A stretch of 64,000 bases of DNA from contig OY762654.1 in NCBI GenBank assembly GCA_963666205.1, forward strand, positions 1,312,001 through 1,376,000. Direction: 5' to 3'. Every line of letters starts with the position of its first letter. The first letter of the stretch is position 1. Under the pieces are notes generated by a model, which saw only the letters and a list, made by a program, of their open reading frames with translations, searched no databases and was not told the origin of the DNA. A program made the translations under genes and the position numbers. This document shows, in pieces, positions 48,104 to 58,236 of the stretch. This stretch comes from Synergistales bacterium. GTDB lineage: Bacteria > Synergistota > Synergistia > Synergistales > JAFGMB01.

Positions 48104-49591
48104 ATGAAGAGATACCTCTGGTTAACAGTAGTTTTTTCTTTAACAATTCTTCTACTGGCCGCAGGAGCAGGTTTCGCTGCTACCTGGTATGTAGCTACAG
48201 ATGGGGACGATGACCCCGGAAACGGTTCTTCATCATTCCCCTTTGAAACCATTCAGTACGCCGTTGACAGCGCTTCCGATGGAGACACCATCCTGGTAGA
48301 AGCGGGTACTTATTTCGAAGACGTCACCGTCGATAAGGATAGGCTGACCCTCAGGTCCCTGACCACCTGGAGCGCCACCATTGATGGCGAAGACTACGGG
48401 ATCGAGCTTACGGGCAACGGTCTTACAGTCGAGGACTTCACTATCAAAAATTCTGTCTATGGAATAGTTGTAAATGGAGACCAGACTGAGGACGTCACCT
48501 TCTCCTCAAACTGGTTCTCCAATATTTCAAATGACGGAATTTCTTTTGCCGGGGAGGTAACCATCGATGGATGTTCCGTTACCATCGAAGATAATGACAT
48601 ATTCAGCTCGGGAATTGGTATCTATATGGCAGGTGATGTGGACATTTTACAGAATGTGGATATAAAGATCCTCGACAACTACATGGACGACTGTGACAAC
48701 AGCGGTATCTATGTTGATGAAATAGATCCTGATGGAAACGACATTTCATTCAAGATCGAAAACAATGATATAAGCCTTTCCGGTGGAATGAGCGGCAGCT
48801 ATGGAATATACATGAATAACGCCGAAAGGACCACCTGGATCAAGGACAATACCATTACAGGAGACTATGATTACGGAATTTACATATACCTTTCAGGCCA
48901 GTATGGGAAAGACCCCTTGCTGCTTTACGTAGATAACAACGAGGTCGGTGAATGTGAATATGGTATTTACATGTACGAACTATTCGAGAATTTTGGTGGT
49001 TCTATCTACACCCGGGACAACACCATCTATGAATGCAGTTACGGGATTTATTTAGACTACGTCGGCTACGACAGGGATGCCGATGGATTCAAAGTCTACG
49101 TTGAAGATAACTATATTACAGACTGCAACGATTATGGTTTGGTGCTCTACGAGTTCTTTTATAACACCACCGGAGAAATTTATGTCCAGGGTAATACTTT
49201 TATTGAAAACGACAATGGAATGCTTGTGGACGAAGGAAACTTCCTGGAAGAATCCACCTTTGTACTGAAAAACAATAATTTCCAGGATAATCTTTTCTAT
49301 GGAGTGGAAAATATTACTGGTGTACTGATCGATGCTCCGGATAACTGGTGGGGAGACCCAAGCGGTCCCTACGACCCGGTTTCTGCTATGGACAACCCCT
49401 CTTACGACAACCCCGACGGTCTGGGGGACGAAGTTACAGAATTTGTAGATTATACACCCTGGAGGGAAAGCCCATACATTCCAGGAGAGGGCAGTTCCGG
49501 CGGCGGCTGTAACACCGGAGCATCCATACCTGGCCTTCTACTGCTGATCCTTCCCCTCCTCGCTCTTGCCAGGTTCAAAAAGAATATCTAA
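48104..49591 (+). CDS. Secreted acidic right-handed beta-helix protein with Synergist-CTERM sorting tail
   Basis: Signal peptide; YVA..G.D...G....PF.TIQ.AV; repeated I.DN.I....GIY; NWWG...GP; tail SSGGGCNTG + hydrophobic helix + basic residues. Confidence 0.85.
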   Translation: MKRYLWLTVVFSLTILLLAAGAGFAATWYVATDGDDDPGNGSSSFPFETIQYAVDSASDGDTILVEAGTYFEDVTVDKDRLTLRSLTTWSATIDGEDYGIELTGNGLTVEDFTIKNSVYGIVVNGDQTEDVTFSSNWFSNISNDGISFAGEVTIDGCSVTIEDNDIFSSGIGIYMAGDVDILQNVDIKILDNYMDDCDNSGIYVDEIDPDGNDISFKIENNDISLSGGMSGSYGIYMNNAERTTWIKDNTITGDYDYGIYIYLSGQYGKDPLLLYVDNNEVGECEYGIYMYELFENFGGSIYTRDNTIYECSYGIYLDYVGYDRDADGFKVYVEDNYITDCNDYGLVLYEFFYNTTGEIYVQGNTFIENDNGMLVDEGNFLEESTFVLKNNNFQDNLFYGVENITGVLIDAPDNWWGDPSGPYDPVSAMDNPSYDNPDGLGDEVTEFVDYTPWRESPYIPGEGSSGGGCNTGASIPGLLLLILPLLALARFKKNI

Positions 49592-49614
49592 AAACGTGAA
49601 AAAACATAAATCAG

Positions 49615-49641
49615 GGCCCGGAGAGATCCGGGCCTTTTTTT
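49615..49641 (+). terminator. Rho-independent terminator
   Basis: GGCCCGGA-gaga-TCCGGGCC-TTTTTTT. Confidence 0.85.
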
Positions 49642-49682
49642 CTGAAACCATATACTGAAAATTTCTGCCTGGCATACTGGTT

Positions 49683-50732
49683 TTATCCGATGGTCTTTTC
49701 CAGGAAACAGAATAAATTGCCGCCCATGACTTTTACAGCATCTTCTTCGGTGTACCCTCGAGCCAGCAGTTCTGCAGTAAGATCCATACATTTACCATGT
49801 CCATTGATACAATCACGGAATTTTGCCGATTCCGGGTCTGCTGTGTCCCTTAAATCATCACAGAAATCGAATCCGAATCCCACATGGTCTATTCCGGCAA
49901 TATCCCGAATATGATCTACATGATGTGCAAGATCTTTTTCTGTCATTTCTTCTGAGACTGAGTCACCCACAAAGAGACTGCAGACATTCATTCCTACAAC
50001 TCCACCCCGGGATGCCAGCCTGCGGATCTGATCATCGGTGAGGTTCCGCATGACAGGAGCCAGTTTACGGCAGTTTGAATGGGAGGCCATAACCGGCCCT
50101 TCGTACAACCTGAGAAGGTCATCCACCCCCTCATCGTTGAGATGACTGATATCCAGATACATTCCCAGCCGGACTGCTTCCTTAATAACCTGAACCCCAA
50201 AGCTGGTAAGCCCGCCCTTGCGGCCCTCTTCCACCTGGTCAAAGAGACAGCCGTCAGCAGCGTAATTTCGACGGCTCCATGTCAGCCCCACTCCCCTGAC
50301 ACCCAATTCATAAAAGATCCTCAACATGGAAAGGTCGTTACCTACAGGATCAAGTCCTTCAAAGGACAGGACTATGGCAAGCTCACCCCTCTGTCGGGCC
50401 TGTCGGATCTCTTCGGTATTACGGCACAACGAAAAAAGCCCAGGACTTTCATCCATTTCGGAATAAAGGGTGCTGATCTGGTCCATGGTCCTTCTGAGTC
50501 CCATTTCAGGCAGAAACTCGTTCTCCACAAAGAGAGAAGAAATGATGAGGTCCACACCGCCAGCCCTCATTCCGGGAAGGTAGTCCTTTTCGATAACCCG
50601 GGTTTCTCCCTTCTGGCGTTTCGCCAGGACAAGGTTAAGGAGGTCAAAATGGGCATCCGCAACCAGATTGTTTTTATGAAGAGCTGCGGCCTGTTCCTTG
50701 AATGCAAGTTGAGTTTTCTGATCATACATCAT
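49683..50732 (-). CDS. Membrane dipeptidase (peptidase M19 family)
   Basis: DAHFD, SFEG, LTW, DISHLN, ASHSN, RNLTD, GFGFDF, MGGN; start ATG 50732 behind GGAGG. Confidence 0.92.
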   Translation of the reverse strand: MMYDQKTQLAFKEQAAALHKNNLVADAHFDLLNLVLAKRQKGETRVIEKDYLPGMRAGGVDLIISSLFVENEFLPEMGLRRTMDQISTLYSEMDESPGLFSLCRNTEEIRQARQRGELAIVLSFEGLDPVGNDLSMLRIFYELGVRGVGLTWSRRNYAADGCLFDQVEEGRKGGLTSFGVQVIKEAVRLGMYLDISHLNDEGVDDLLRLYEGPVMASHSNCRKLAPVMRNLTDDQIRRLASRGGVVGMNVCSLFVGDSVSEEMTEKDLAHHVDHIRDIAGIDHVGFGFDFCDDLRDTADPESAKFRDCINGHGKCMDLTAELLARGYTEEDAVKVMGGNLFCFLEKTIG

Positions 50733-50904
50733 AAGGTAAACCTCCACATATATTTTCAGCTTCTCCGACAGGGAGTATCACAAAATAACTCTTACACCAG
50801 AGATTATAGTCCTTTAAAAGCTCTTATTTTCCCGGTCCCTTGTCTGAATAAATATTCTGAATTAAAGTAAAATGATATTCAACAATAATTGAGGGGGGAC
50901 TGGA

Positions 50905-51645
50905 ATGTCAGTTTACACTATCAGGAGCAAGACGCGCTCGTGGGACGGGGAAAGCATAGGAATTCTTATTCTGGACGCTGCATATCCATGCGTTCCGGGA
51001 AACGTAGGAAATGCTACCACATATCCCTTCCCGGTCCGATACAAGGAGATCAAAGGTTCTTCTATTGAACGGCTTCTGAATGAGAGGGACCCTGAACTCC
51101 TCACTCCCTTCATCGAAGGTGCAAAGGAGCTTGAAGCAGAAGGTGTGCGGGCCATTACCGGAGCATGCGGGTTCATGGCCCTTTTCCAGAAAAAAGTCGC
51201 AGAGTCCGTAAAGGTTCCAGTCTTTTTATCAAGCCTGCTGCAGGTCCCCTTCATTTACAGGACCCTTAGCACTAATCAGAAAATAGGCATTATCACCGCA
51301 AATTCATCCTGCCTGACCGATGAACACTTTGAAAACGTCGGTATCACAAAAGATATGCCTCTCGTTATCTACGGCATGGAGGATCAGGAAGAATTCCGTA
51401 CATCTGTTCTCGAAGAAAAGGGAACCATGGATTCAGACCTGGTCAGGAAAGAAGTTGTCGGAGTTGCGGACCGTATGGTGACAGAACACCCTGAAGTTGC
51501 GGCCATCCTGCTGGAATGCAGCGACCTGCCTCCCTATGCACACGCCGTTCATGGAGCAACGGGCAGACCGGTTTTCGACTTTATAACCATGATAAAACAT
51601 GTCCATTCAGCCCTTGTACCCACACAATATGAGGGGTACATGTAA
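50905..51645 (+). CDS. Asp/Glu/hydantoin racemase superfamily protein
   Basis: GILILD...PGNVGN..TYPFPV; two Cys motifs ITGACGF and LLECSDLPPY. Confidence 0.85.
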   Translation: MSVYTIRSKTRSWDGESIGILILDAAYPCVPGNVGNATTYPFPVRYKEIKGSSIERLLNERDPELLTPFIEGAKELEAEGVRAITGACGFMALFQKKVAESVKVPVFLSSLLQVPFIYRTLSTNQKIGIITANSSCLTDEHFENVGITKDMPLVIYGMEDQEEFRTSVLEEKGTMDSDLVRKEVVGVADRMVTEHPEVAAILLECSDLPPYAHAVHGATGRPVFDFITMIKHVHSALVPTQYEGYM

Positions 51646-51858
51646 ATCCATCTTACTTTCACAGGAATTGAGAAGTCAGCAATACCCTTAGCTATGGAGA
51701 TGGTACCTTCAGGAACAGTCATGTAGAAAGGGAATATTGCGACCCACGCCGCAGAACAACACTCTGCTGTTTCTGCCATGGAATGGATCTATAATGGATT
51801 TTTTCAGAAAATATCAGGGACAGATATCTTTTCTGAAAAAGCTGCTCACATAAAAAAC

Positions 51859-51895
51859 AAGAGGAACGGGTTCTCATCAAAAACCCGTTCCTCTT
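51859..51895. terminator. Terminator between convergent genes (second hairpin at about 51800-51840)
   Basis: AAGAGGAACGGGTT / AACCCGTTCCTCTT. Confidence 0.75.
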
Positions 51896-51918
51896 TAAAA
51901 ACTCTGTCTGAAAGTTGT

Positions 51919-53142
51919 TTACCAGTTTTGGATTGCACCCATCCGATCGCGAAGATATGGAAGAAATTTGGGCTTGTAATGCAATTGCTTTGCCTCATCC
52001 TCCGATATCTCAACTCCCAACCCCGGTCTATCACTGATCTGGATAGAGTCTTTATTCATGGTTATCGGACTCTGAAATACTTTTGCAATTTCCGCATCCG
52101 GATCGACGTATTCCTGGATACCGAAACTGGAAATATGCATATCAATATGAGCCAATGCAGCATGAGCGATCGGGGAAATATCAGATGGTCCATGAAAGGC
52201 CGTCCTTATATCAAATACTTCAGCAAAAGCAGCAAGTTTAAGTAAAGGAGTAATACCTCCAAAGTGACTTATGTCAACCCGGATGTAATCTATCAGTCTC
52301 CTGCTTATCAGATCCCGGCAGTCGGAGATCGTATTAAAAAGCTCTCCTAATCCTATGGGAGTTGAACTCTGCATCTTGATATTTTCCAGCACCTTGTTGT
52401 TAAAAGAATCCACAGGATCTTCCAGAAAGAGAAGATTGTAAGGTTCAAGGGCTTTTGCCACTCTGCAAGCCTGATCTGAAGATAACCTCCCGTGAACATC
52501 GTGGATCAGGCCGATGTTGTCACCAAGTGCTGAACGAAGTTCAGCAGTAACTCTTATAAGGTCATTGGCATATACGTTTTCATCCCAGATCTGTTCTTCC
52601 TTTTTCAGCGTATTAACTTCTATCCTTTTCTGTTTCGGATCCTGATAGGGCTGTCTGAAATATTCTCCCTCACGAAAGGGGTCAGGAGTGTCAAAGCTGT
52701 ATCGTAAAATGGTACAACCCTGTTCAACTTTTTCACGGCACTTCCTGATCAATTCTTCCACATCTGAACCATGGACATGCAGATATATCCGGGCACGATC
52801 GCGGCATTTCCCTCCAAACAGGGAATAAAGGGGAAGATCTGCCCTTTTCCCTTTGATATCCCAAAGGGCCATATCCACTCCTGCAAGGGCAGACATGAAA
52901 ACCGGACCGCCCCTCCAGTAGCCTCCCTTGAAGATCATCTGCCATATATCCTGTATCCTGTCAGAATCGAAACCTTCAAGCCACTCTGCAAAATATTCAT
53001 CGATAAGAGATTTTACTGCAAGTTCTCTGCCATTAAGAGTTGCATCACCATATCCGACAATACCGCTCTTTGTCGTTATCTTTACTATGAGGTAATTTCT
53101 CCCCGGTGAAGTTAATATGGTTTCTATTTTTTTTATTTCCAT
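51919..53142 (-). CDS. ManD/RspA-type sugar-acid dehydratase (enolase superfamily)
   Basis: PGRNY..VKITT, GDATLNGRELAV, YWRGGPV, HDVH, EDP, GELFN, HGPSDISP, IQEY. Confidence 0.9.
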   Translation of the reverse strand: MEIKKIETILTSPGRNYLIVKITTKSGIVGYGDATLNGRELAVKSLIDEYFAEWLEGFDSDRIQDIWQMIFKGGYWRGGPVFMSALAGVDMALWDIKGKRADLPLYSLFGGKCRDRARIYLHVHGSDVEELIRKCREKVEQGCTILRYSFDTPDPFREGEYFRQPYQDPKQKRIEVNTLKKEEQIWDENVYANDLIRVTAELRSALGDNIGLIHDVHGRLSSDQACRVAKALEPYNLLFLEDPVDSFNNKVLENIKMQSSTPIGLGELFNTISDCRDLISRRLIDYIRVDISHFGGITPLLKLAAFAEVFDIRTAFHGPSDISPIAHAALAHIDMHISSFGIQEYVDPDAEIAKVFQSPITMNKDSIQISDRPGLGVEISEDEAKQLHYKPKFLPYLRDRMGAIQNW

Positions 53143-53180
53143 AACATCATCTCCTGAAAAACAATAATGCGATATTCATA

Positions 53181-54467
53181 CTATACCTGACCAAGAAGCC
53201 TGGGAAGAAAAAGACTGATGGACGGAACATATGCAACAAGCAACAGAACCACCAGAAGGACTAAAAGGAAGGGCCATATACAGTGAACAACTTTTCCGAA
53301 CTTCGTTTTACCCACAGCTGTAGCAACATAAATAGTTATTCCTACTGGCGGAGTAACCCCTCCGATGATAAAGGTTAAAACCATTACCAGTGCAAAATGG
53401 ATGGGATTCAATCCCATCATTGCTGCTATGGGCTGATAGACAGGAACCATAATTATGGCAGCAGCTGTAGTATCCATAAAACACCCGATAATGAGCATAC
53501 TCAGGATCATTATAAACAGTACTACATGAGGATCTGAAGAAAGGGAAGTTACAAAACCTGCTATCATGACAGGGATTCCCTCTATGGCAAGGATCCATGA
53601 AAAAAGAATTGCAGAGGATACTATAAGCATAGCCATACCGGTCACACTGGCAGAATCTATTATCAGTCCCGGAAAATCCTTAAGCCTGATCTCCTTATAA
53701 AGGAATACTCCCACAAGAATTCCGTAAACAGAAGCTATTGCACCTGCTTCCGTTGCAGTAAATACTCCTGAAAGGATGCCCCCTACAATGATCACCGGCA
53801 TTGTAAGAGCAGGTATTGCTTTGAGAAAGGAAACAACAAAGTTCTTTAAAGAAAATTTAACACTTTCGCCATTGTAGAGACGGGGGTTCCGTTTTGCAAG
53901 AATATAACAGATTATCATGAATCCCAAACCTACCATAAGTCCAGGCAGAAAACCTGATACGAAAAGAGCTCCTATCGAAATCCCGGTTATGGATCCATAG
54001 AGTATCATAAGGATACTCGGAGGGATAATAGACCCTATGGTAGCCCCGGCGGCATTGACCGCTGTGCTGTACGAACGATCATAACCAGCCTCCACCATTG
54101 AAGGGATGAGCATGCTTCCAAGGGCAGCAACATCGGCAGTGGTCGAACCCGATATCCCGGCCATAATTATGTTTGCAACAATGGTTGCATGAGCCAGCCC
54201 TCCGCTGACAAACCCGACAAAGGATGCGGCAAATTCCACGATCCTCTTTGTAACACCGCTCCTGTTCATTATTTCACCGGCAAAAACAAAAAAGGGAATA
54301 GCCATCAGAGAAAATGAATCCGCCCCGGCAAACATTCTCTGTGGAATTATTATCAGGGAGTTACCCGAAAATACAAGGTAAGAAAGAGAAGCTAATCCCA
54401 AACTGAATGCAACCGGTATACCGGTCAAAAGCAAAGCAAAAAATATTATTCCCAAAAACCAGATCAT
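53181..54467 (-). CDS. dctM: TRAP transporter large permease
   Basis: LMAIPFF, AGISGS..AD, IIPPSI, FTATEAG, TPPVG. Confidence 0.95.
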   Translation of the reverse strand: MIWFLGIIFFALLLTGIPVAFSLGLASLSYLVFSGNSLIIIPQRMFAGADSFSLMAIPFFVFAGEIMNRSGVTKRIVEFAASFVGFVSGGLAHATIVANIIMAGISGSTTADVAALGSMLIPSMVEAGYDRSYSTAVNAAGATIGSIIPPSILMILYGSITGISIGALFVSGFLPGLMVGLGFMIICYILAKRNPRLYNGESVKFSLKNFVVSFLKAIPALTMPVIIVGGILSGVFTATEAGAIASVYGILVGVFLYKEIRLKDFPGLIIDSASVTGMAMLIVSSAILFSWILAIEGIPVMIAGFVTSLSSDPHVVLFIMILSMLIIGCFMDTTAAAIIMVPVYQPIAAMMGLNPIHFALVMVLTFIIGGVTPPVGITIYVATAVGKTKFGKVVHCIWPFLLVLLVVLLLVAYVPSISLFLPRLLGQV

Positions 54468-54488
54468 TAATAGCCTCAGCTTTCCAAA

Positions 54489-54974
54489 TCAGGACTCGGA
54501 AGGACCCGATTTAATCAAACGTAATGTTTCTGCCAGCATCGGGATTCCCCCCATAGGAAGGGCAAGATAGGGGAAAAACATGGGCATTCTTAAAACCGAT
54601 GAATGTGTATCCCAACTCATAAAAGCCATTTGAAAACCGATATAAATAAAAACACATAAAAAACCTGCAACGAGAAGATAGATCAGATAGAACATGACCT
54701 TTCTCATCTTTACAGACACCCTGTTCTGGAGAAATTCCATACCTATATGGTTACCTCTCCTCATGGCAATGGCTCCTCCGAGAAAAATAACCCAGACAAA
54801 GGAATATCGGGCAAGCTCTCCAGCCCATGGTATGGGTGAATTCAATAAATATCGCATAAAGACATTGGTAACCGTAACCACAAACATGGTAAGAAAAACT
54901 AACAGAAGAAGACTCTTGAGGATAAACTCGTATACCCTTTCAAAACCTTTAATCTTTACCACTCCCCTTCTCAA
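54489..54974 (-). CDS. dctQ: TRAP transporter small permease
   Basis: RYLLNSPIPWAGELARYSFVW..FLG; start may be GTG 54962. Confidence 0.9.
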   Translation of the reverse strand: MRRGVVKIKGFERVYEFILKSLLLLVFLTMFVVTVTNVFMRYLLNSPIPWAGELARYSFVWVIFLGGAIAMRRGNHIGMEFLQNRVSVKMRKVMFYLIYLLVAGFLCVFIYIGFQMAFMSWDTHSSVLRMPMFFPYLALPMGGIPMLAETLRLIKSGPSES

Positions 54975-54981
54975 AGGTATT

Positions 54982-55008
54982 AAAAAGAGGGCGGGAAACC
55001 CGCCCTCT
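54982..55008 (-). terminator. Intra-operon stem-loop/attenuator after dctP
   Basis: AGAGGGCGGG-ttt-CCCGCCCTCT-TTTT on the minus strand. Confidence 0.65.
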
Positions 55009-55028
55009 CAAGAAACAGATCTGGTGAT

Positions 55029-56009
55029 CTATTCGGAGATCTGCTTGAATAATTCCCGAGCCTTCTCACTCTTCATGCAGGCAAAAAGAGTGTAATCAAT
55101 GCTGTTTCTGAAGCTGGTTACATCGGGAGTAACGACCTTCAATGTTTCAGCACATTTATCACGGTAGTACTGATCCTTGGTTGCTGTAGCATTTAACTGG
55201 AATTCCGCAACTTCGTCCGCTGCTTCAAGGATAGCCTTTTTATAATCATCGGACAATTTACCAAAGGCTTTTGCTGACATGGATATAGTTGTGGGACCCT
55301 CAAGATGGTTGGTTATATTCATTACCTTGGTAACTTCATGGAGCGATGCTGTATAAATAGTTTCAGGTGCATTTTCAACACCCTGAACAACTCCTGTTTC
55401 AAGAGCGGTGTAAACTTCACCGAATGGGACTGGCGTGGGTGCTGCTCCAAGCTGTTTGAAAGTATCTACATAAATTGGAGACTCGGGGACTCTCATCTTC
55501 AAACCTTTAAGATCTTCTACCGTATTCAATTCCTTGCCTACGGTGTACATCTGTCTGAAAGGCTGTACAAGGTATGTGAGCACTTTTATCGTTGTCTTTT
55601 CTTCAATAAGTTTTGAGACTTCTTTCCCCACATTACCCTGTAAAACATTGAAGGCATGATCATAACTGTTATAAATGTAGGGGAGAACCAAAAGACCTGA
55701 TTCCTCCACATATGCCGGATAGAACTCCACTGCAATAACTGCCATATCGAGAGTGCCTGTCTTGAGAGCTTCTGCATTTTCTCTCTCTGAACCAAGAGAT
55801 GCCGATGGGAAGATCTTGACCTCAACATTTCCATCCGTCTTGGCATTTACAAGTTCTGCAAATTTTTCACATGAAATATGGACTGAATGCTTTGCTGGAA
55901 GCTGATGACTTAACTTGAGAACAGTTTTGGAACCAGCTTCTGCAGAAGTAAATGAAAAGAACGACAGCGCCATAACAAAAACCATGATACAAGTAATACT
56001 TTTTTTCAT
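55029..56009 (-). CDS. dctP: TRAP substrate-binding protein
   Basis: Signal peptide, FPSASLGSE, GLKMRVP, FGEVYTAL..GVVQGVEN. Confidence 0.94.
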   Translation of the reverse strand: MKKSITCIMVFVMALSFFSFTSAEAGSKTVLKLSHQLPAKHSVHISCEKFAELVNAKTDGNVEVKIFPSASLGSERENAEALKTGTLDMAVIAVEFYPAYVEESGLLVLPYIYNSYDHAFNVLQGNVGKEVSKLIEEKTTIKVLTYLVQPFRQMYTVGKELNTVEDLKGLKMRVPESPIYVDTFKQLGAAPTPVPFGEVYTALETGVVQGVENAPETIYTASLHEVTKVMNITNHLEGPTTISMSAKAFGKLSDDYKKAILEAADEVAEFQLNATATKDQYYRDKCAETLKVVTPDVTSFRNSIDYTLFACMKSEKARELFKQISE

Positions 56010-56133
56010 TGCCTATACCTCCATAGAAAAGATTTTGATGTTGCATTGAAAAGATTTATCCATAATTCCAATCAGCTCTCTGTTTTACAATGATCGAAAA
56101 GAAACAGGTAGTGATGGACCCTGGATCTGAACA

Positions 56134-56781
56134 CTATTCTGCAAACAACCTCTTATTCTCCGAGAAATGATAGTCCATCTGTTCTAAAGCAAGCTCTTTG
56201 TTATTGGAAAGTAGAGCTTCGTAAAGAGTCCGATGTTTCTTTAACTGCTTTTCCATATCCAGATCAACCCTGTTGTGTACAAAGAAGAACCAGAAACTGT
56301 GACCCAATGATTCCCAGGATTTCTTGAGAAAATCACTTTTTGCCAGATTCATGAGAATAGAATGGAACTCCATATCTGCCTTTATCTGGGTAAAAGTGTC
56401 CCCTGTTTCACAATTCGCAGCCATTGTTTCAACGGCATCTCCTAATTGACCAAGCTCCACCCCTGAAAGATCCTGGTTATCAAAGATCCATTCCAAAGCA
56501 GTCTTTTCCAGCATTAACCTCACTTTGTAATAATCCATCATCTCTTCGTAGGATAAATTATTAATAAATGCACCTTTATAGGGTTGAATGGTGATATATC
56601 CCATATTCGCAAGATCTCGAAATGCTTCTCTTACTGCTCCCTTTCCTATATTAAGGTCCTGAGCGATCTGGACTTCAACAAGTCTGTCACCGGGTAAATA
56701 TTTCTTCTTCAAGATACCCTTCAGGAAATAATCAATTACATCGTCCCTCAGAACTCTTCTTTGCAAAGATTCACTTTCCAT
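56134..56781 (-). CDS. GntR-family regulator (FCD domain), paralog of 17629..18303
   Basis: DDVIDY, PGDRLVE, VREAFRDL..MG....PYKG, DMEFH, SWESLG. Confidence 0.9.
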   Translation of the reverse strand: MESESLQRRVLRDDVIDYFLKGILKKKYLPGDRLVEVQIAQDLNIGKGAVREAFRDLANMGYITIQPYKGAFINNLSYEEMMDYYKVRLMLEKTALEWIFDNQDLSGVELGQLGDAVETMAANCETGDTFTQIKADMEFHSILMNLAKSDFLKKSWESLGHSFWFFFVHNRVDLDMEKQLKKHRTLYEALLSNNKELALEQMDYHFSENKRLFAE

Positions 56782-56824
56782 AAGCAGCTCCCCAACCTTA
56801 GAATTAGAGATTTATTGCATACAG

Positions 56825-56886
56825 TCTACTATCTACTATCTACTTTCTGTTTGGCCTAATTTAGCATCCCGGATTTGACATGTCAA
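56825..56886 (-). promoter_or_regulatory. Promoter with a downstream triple heptamer repeat (candidate GntR operator)
   Basis: TTGACA (56886-56881)-N17-TAAATT; TCTACTA TCTACTA TCTACT at 56825-56844. Confidence 0.65.
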
Positions 56887-57471
56887 TAGATAATTATTAT
56901 CAATAAAACATTTACCCTCACATGAAAATGTAACTGCAGGACTCCAGGCTATAAAAATCTTCTGTTTATTCTTTCTATTTCTATAACAATAGCCCTTGAA
57001 CTGCAGCAGTTATTCGCAAAATATCATCTTCAAAAGGAAGGAAGACTCCCCTCCTCATCCCTTATCTATTTATGATTTATCTTTTTCATCATGGGAAAGT
57101 GTGTGGTTACTTTGCCATACGTGATTCAAAGTACCATGTCGGCGAATGAGGGGGCCTTTACATTCAGAACTGTCTCTTATAAATACTGGCGGGTATGCGC
57201 ATAAATCCACCGGAATGTGAAATGGATCAGTTCAAGTTCATAAGACAAGGATTTTAGAAAAAGGCATGAATATCCGCGACCCAGCATCGTACCTCCGCTG
57301 CACTGGATAAAAGGTTGGTCTCTATTTGTATCTGGTATTGAATTTGAATTATGGCTCAAGCTGGACTTGAAATATACCTTGTTGCCAGGAGTCAGGAAAA
57401 AGGGAACAACGGCAATTCCGGAATTTACCACTCGTTTTACCCATAGTGGTACACCGTACTATCAGCACTTC

Positions 57472-57864
57472 CTAAAGAACCCCTTTCAGCCAGACCGCTA
57501 TGGCAGCGGTACCCGCACCAAGGAAGGTTCCCCAGCACATGTCAACCACTGTCACCAGGACAGGCCAGCCTTTGAGAGTCGCAAAGTTGGTGAGATCGTA
57601 TGTTGCATAGCAGATAAAACCGAAAAACGCACCTCTCAGTACAGCCTGGGAAATACTGCCTTCCCTTCCCGTCACGAAAAACACCATTCCCGCAATGAAC
57701 AGCAGGTAAAACAGAACCGCTGCAAGCCAGTTGGGCCTTTCGGCCATAATATAGCCGATCTGTGACTTGTAGAACTTAGGCGCCACAAGACCAAGCCAGG
57801 CTCCGTCCATGGCAACGAAGGGAACCAGAGTAAAAAGGTAGGTCCTCAGAAAACCAGTGATCAT
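57472..57864 (-). CDS. DUF2177-family membrane protein
   Basis: D..WL...A..FY...IG, GA.FG...YATYDLTN.ATL..WP....VVD..WG. Confidence 0.88.
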   Translation of the reverse strand: MITGFLRTYLFTLVPFVAMDGAWLGLVAPKFYKSQIGYIMAERPNWLAAVLFYLLFIAGMVFFVTGREGSISQAVLRGAFFGFICYATYDLTNFATLKGWPVLVTVVDMCWGTFLGAGTAAIAVWLKGVL

Positions 57865-58236
57865 TTTTCAGACACACCCCCCTTATTTCATTGTTATACT
57901 CTATTCTTCTATTCGAAGTAAACCACTGAAGCGGTTATATTGTCCAGAGAAAATGAAATATTCCTCCATGGATAATAAACTGATATAAGGGATCGAGGGT
58001 ATCTTTTACGACATGGGGAAAATGACAGGAAGTGAAGCCCTATTCGATAAGAAGACTTCCCCTGTGAAATTACAATGGTAAAGGTATTGAAAAAATAAAG
58101 GGGAATATGGATAATGAGATTCGATATTGGTGGAGTTTAACGTACTCCTGCACCTTTAAGGCAAATTGCAGACATAAACTTGTTTTATTAATCTTCCTCA
58201 TTGCTATCCCATATGACAAAGTAGGAGAGTTTAAAG

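Noticed and set aside
50079-50870. 263-aa plus-strand ORF
   Set aside because: Antisense shadow of the M19 dipeptidase
57177-57431. 84-aa minus-strand ORF
   Set aside because: No recognisable motif or convincing RBS
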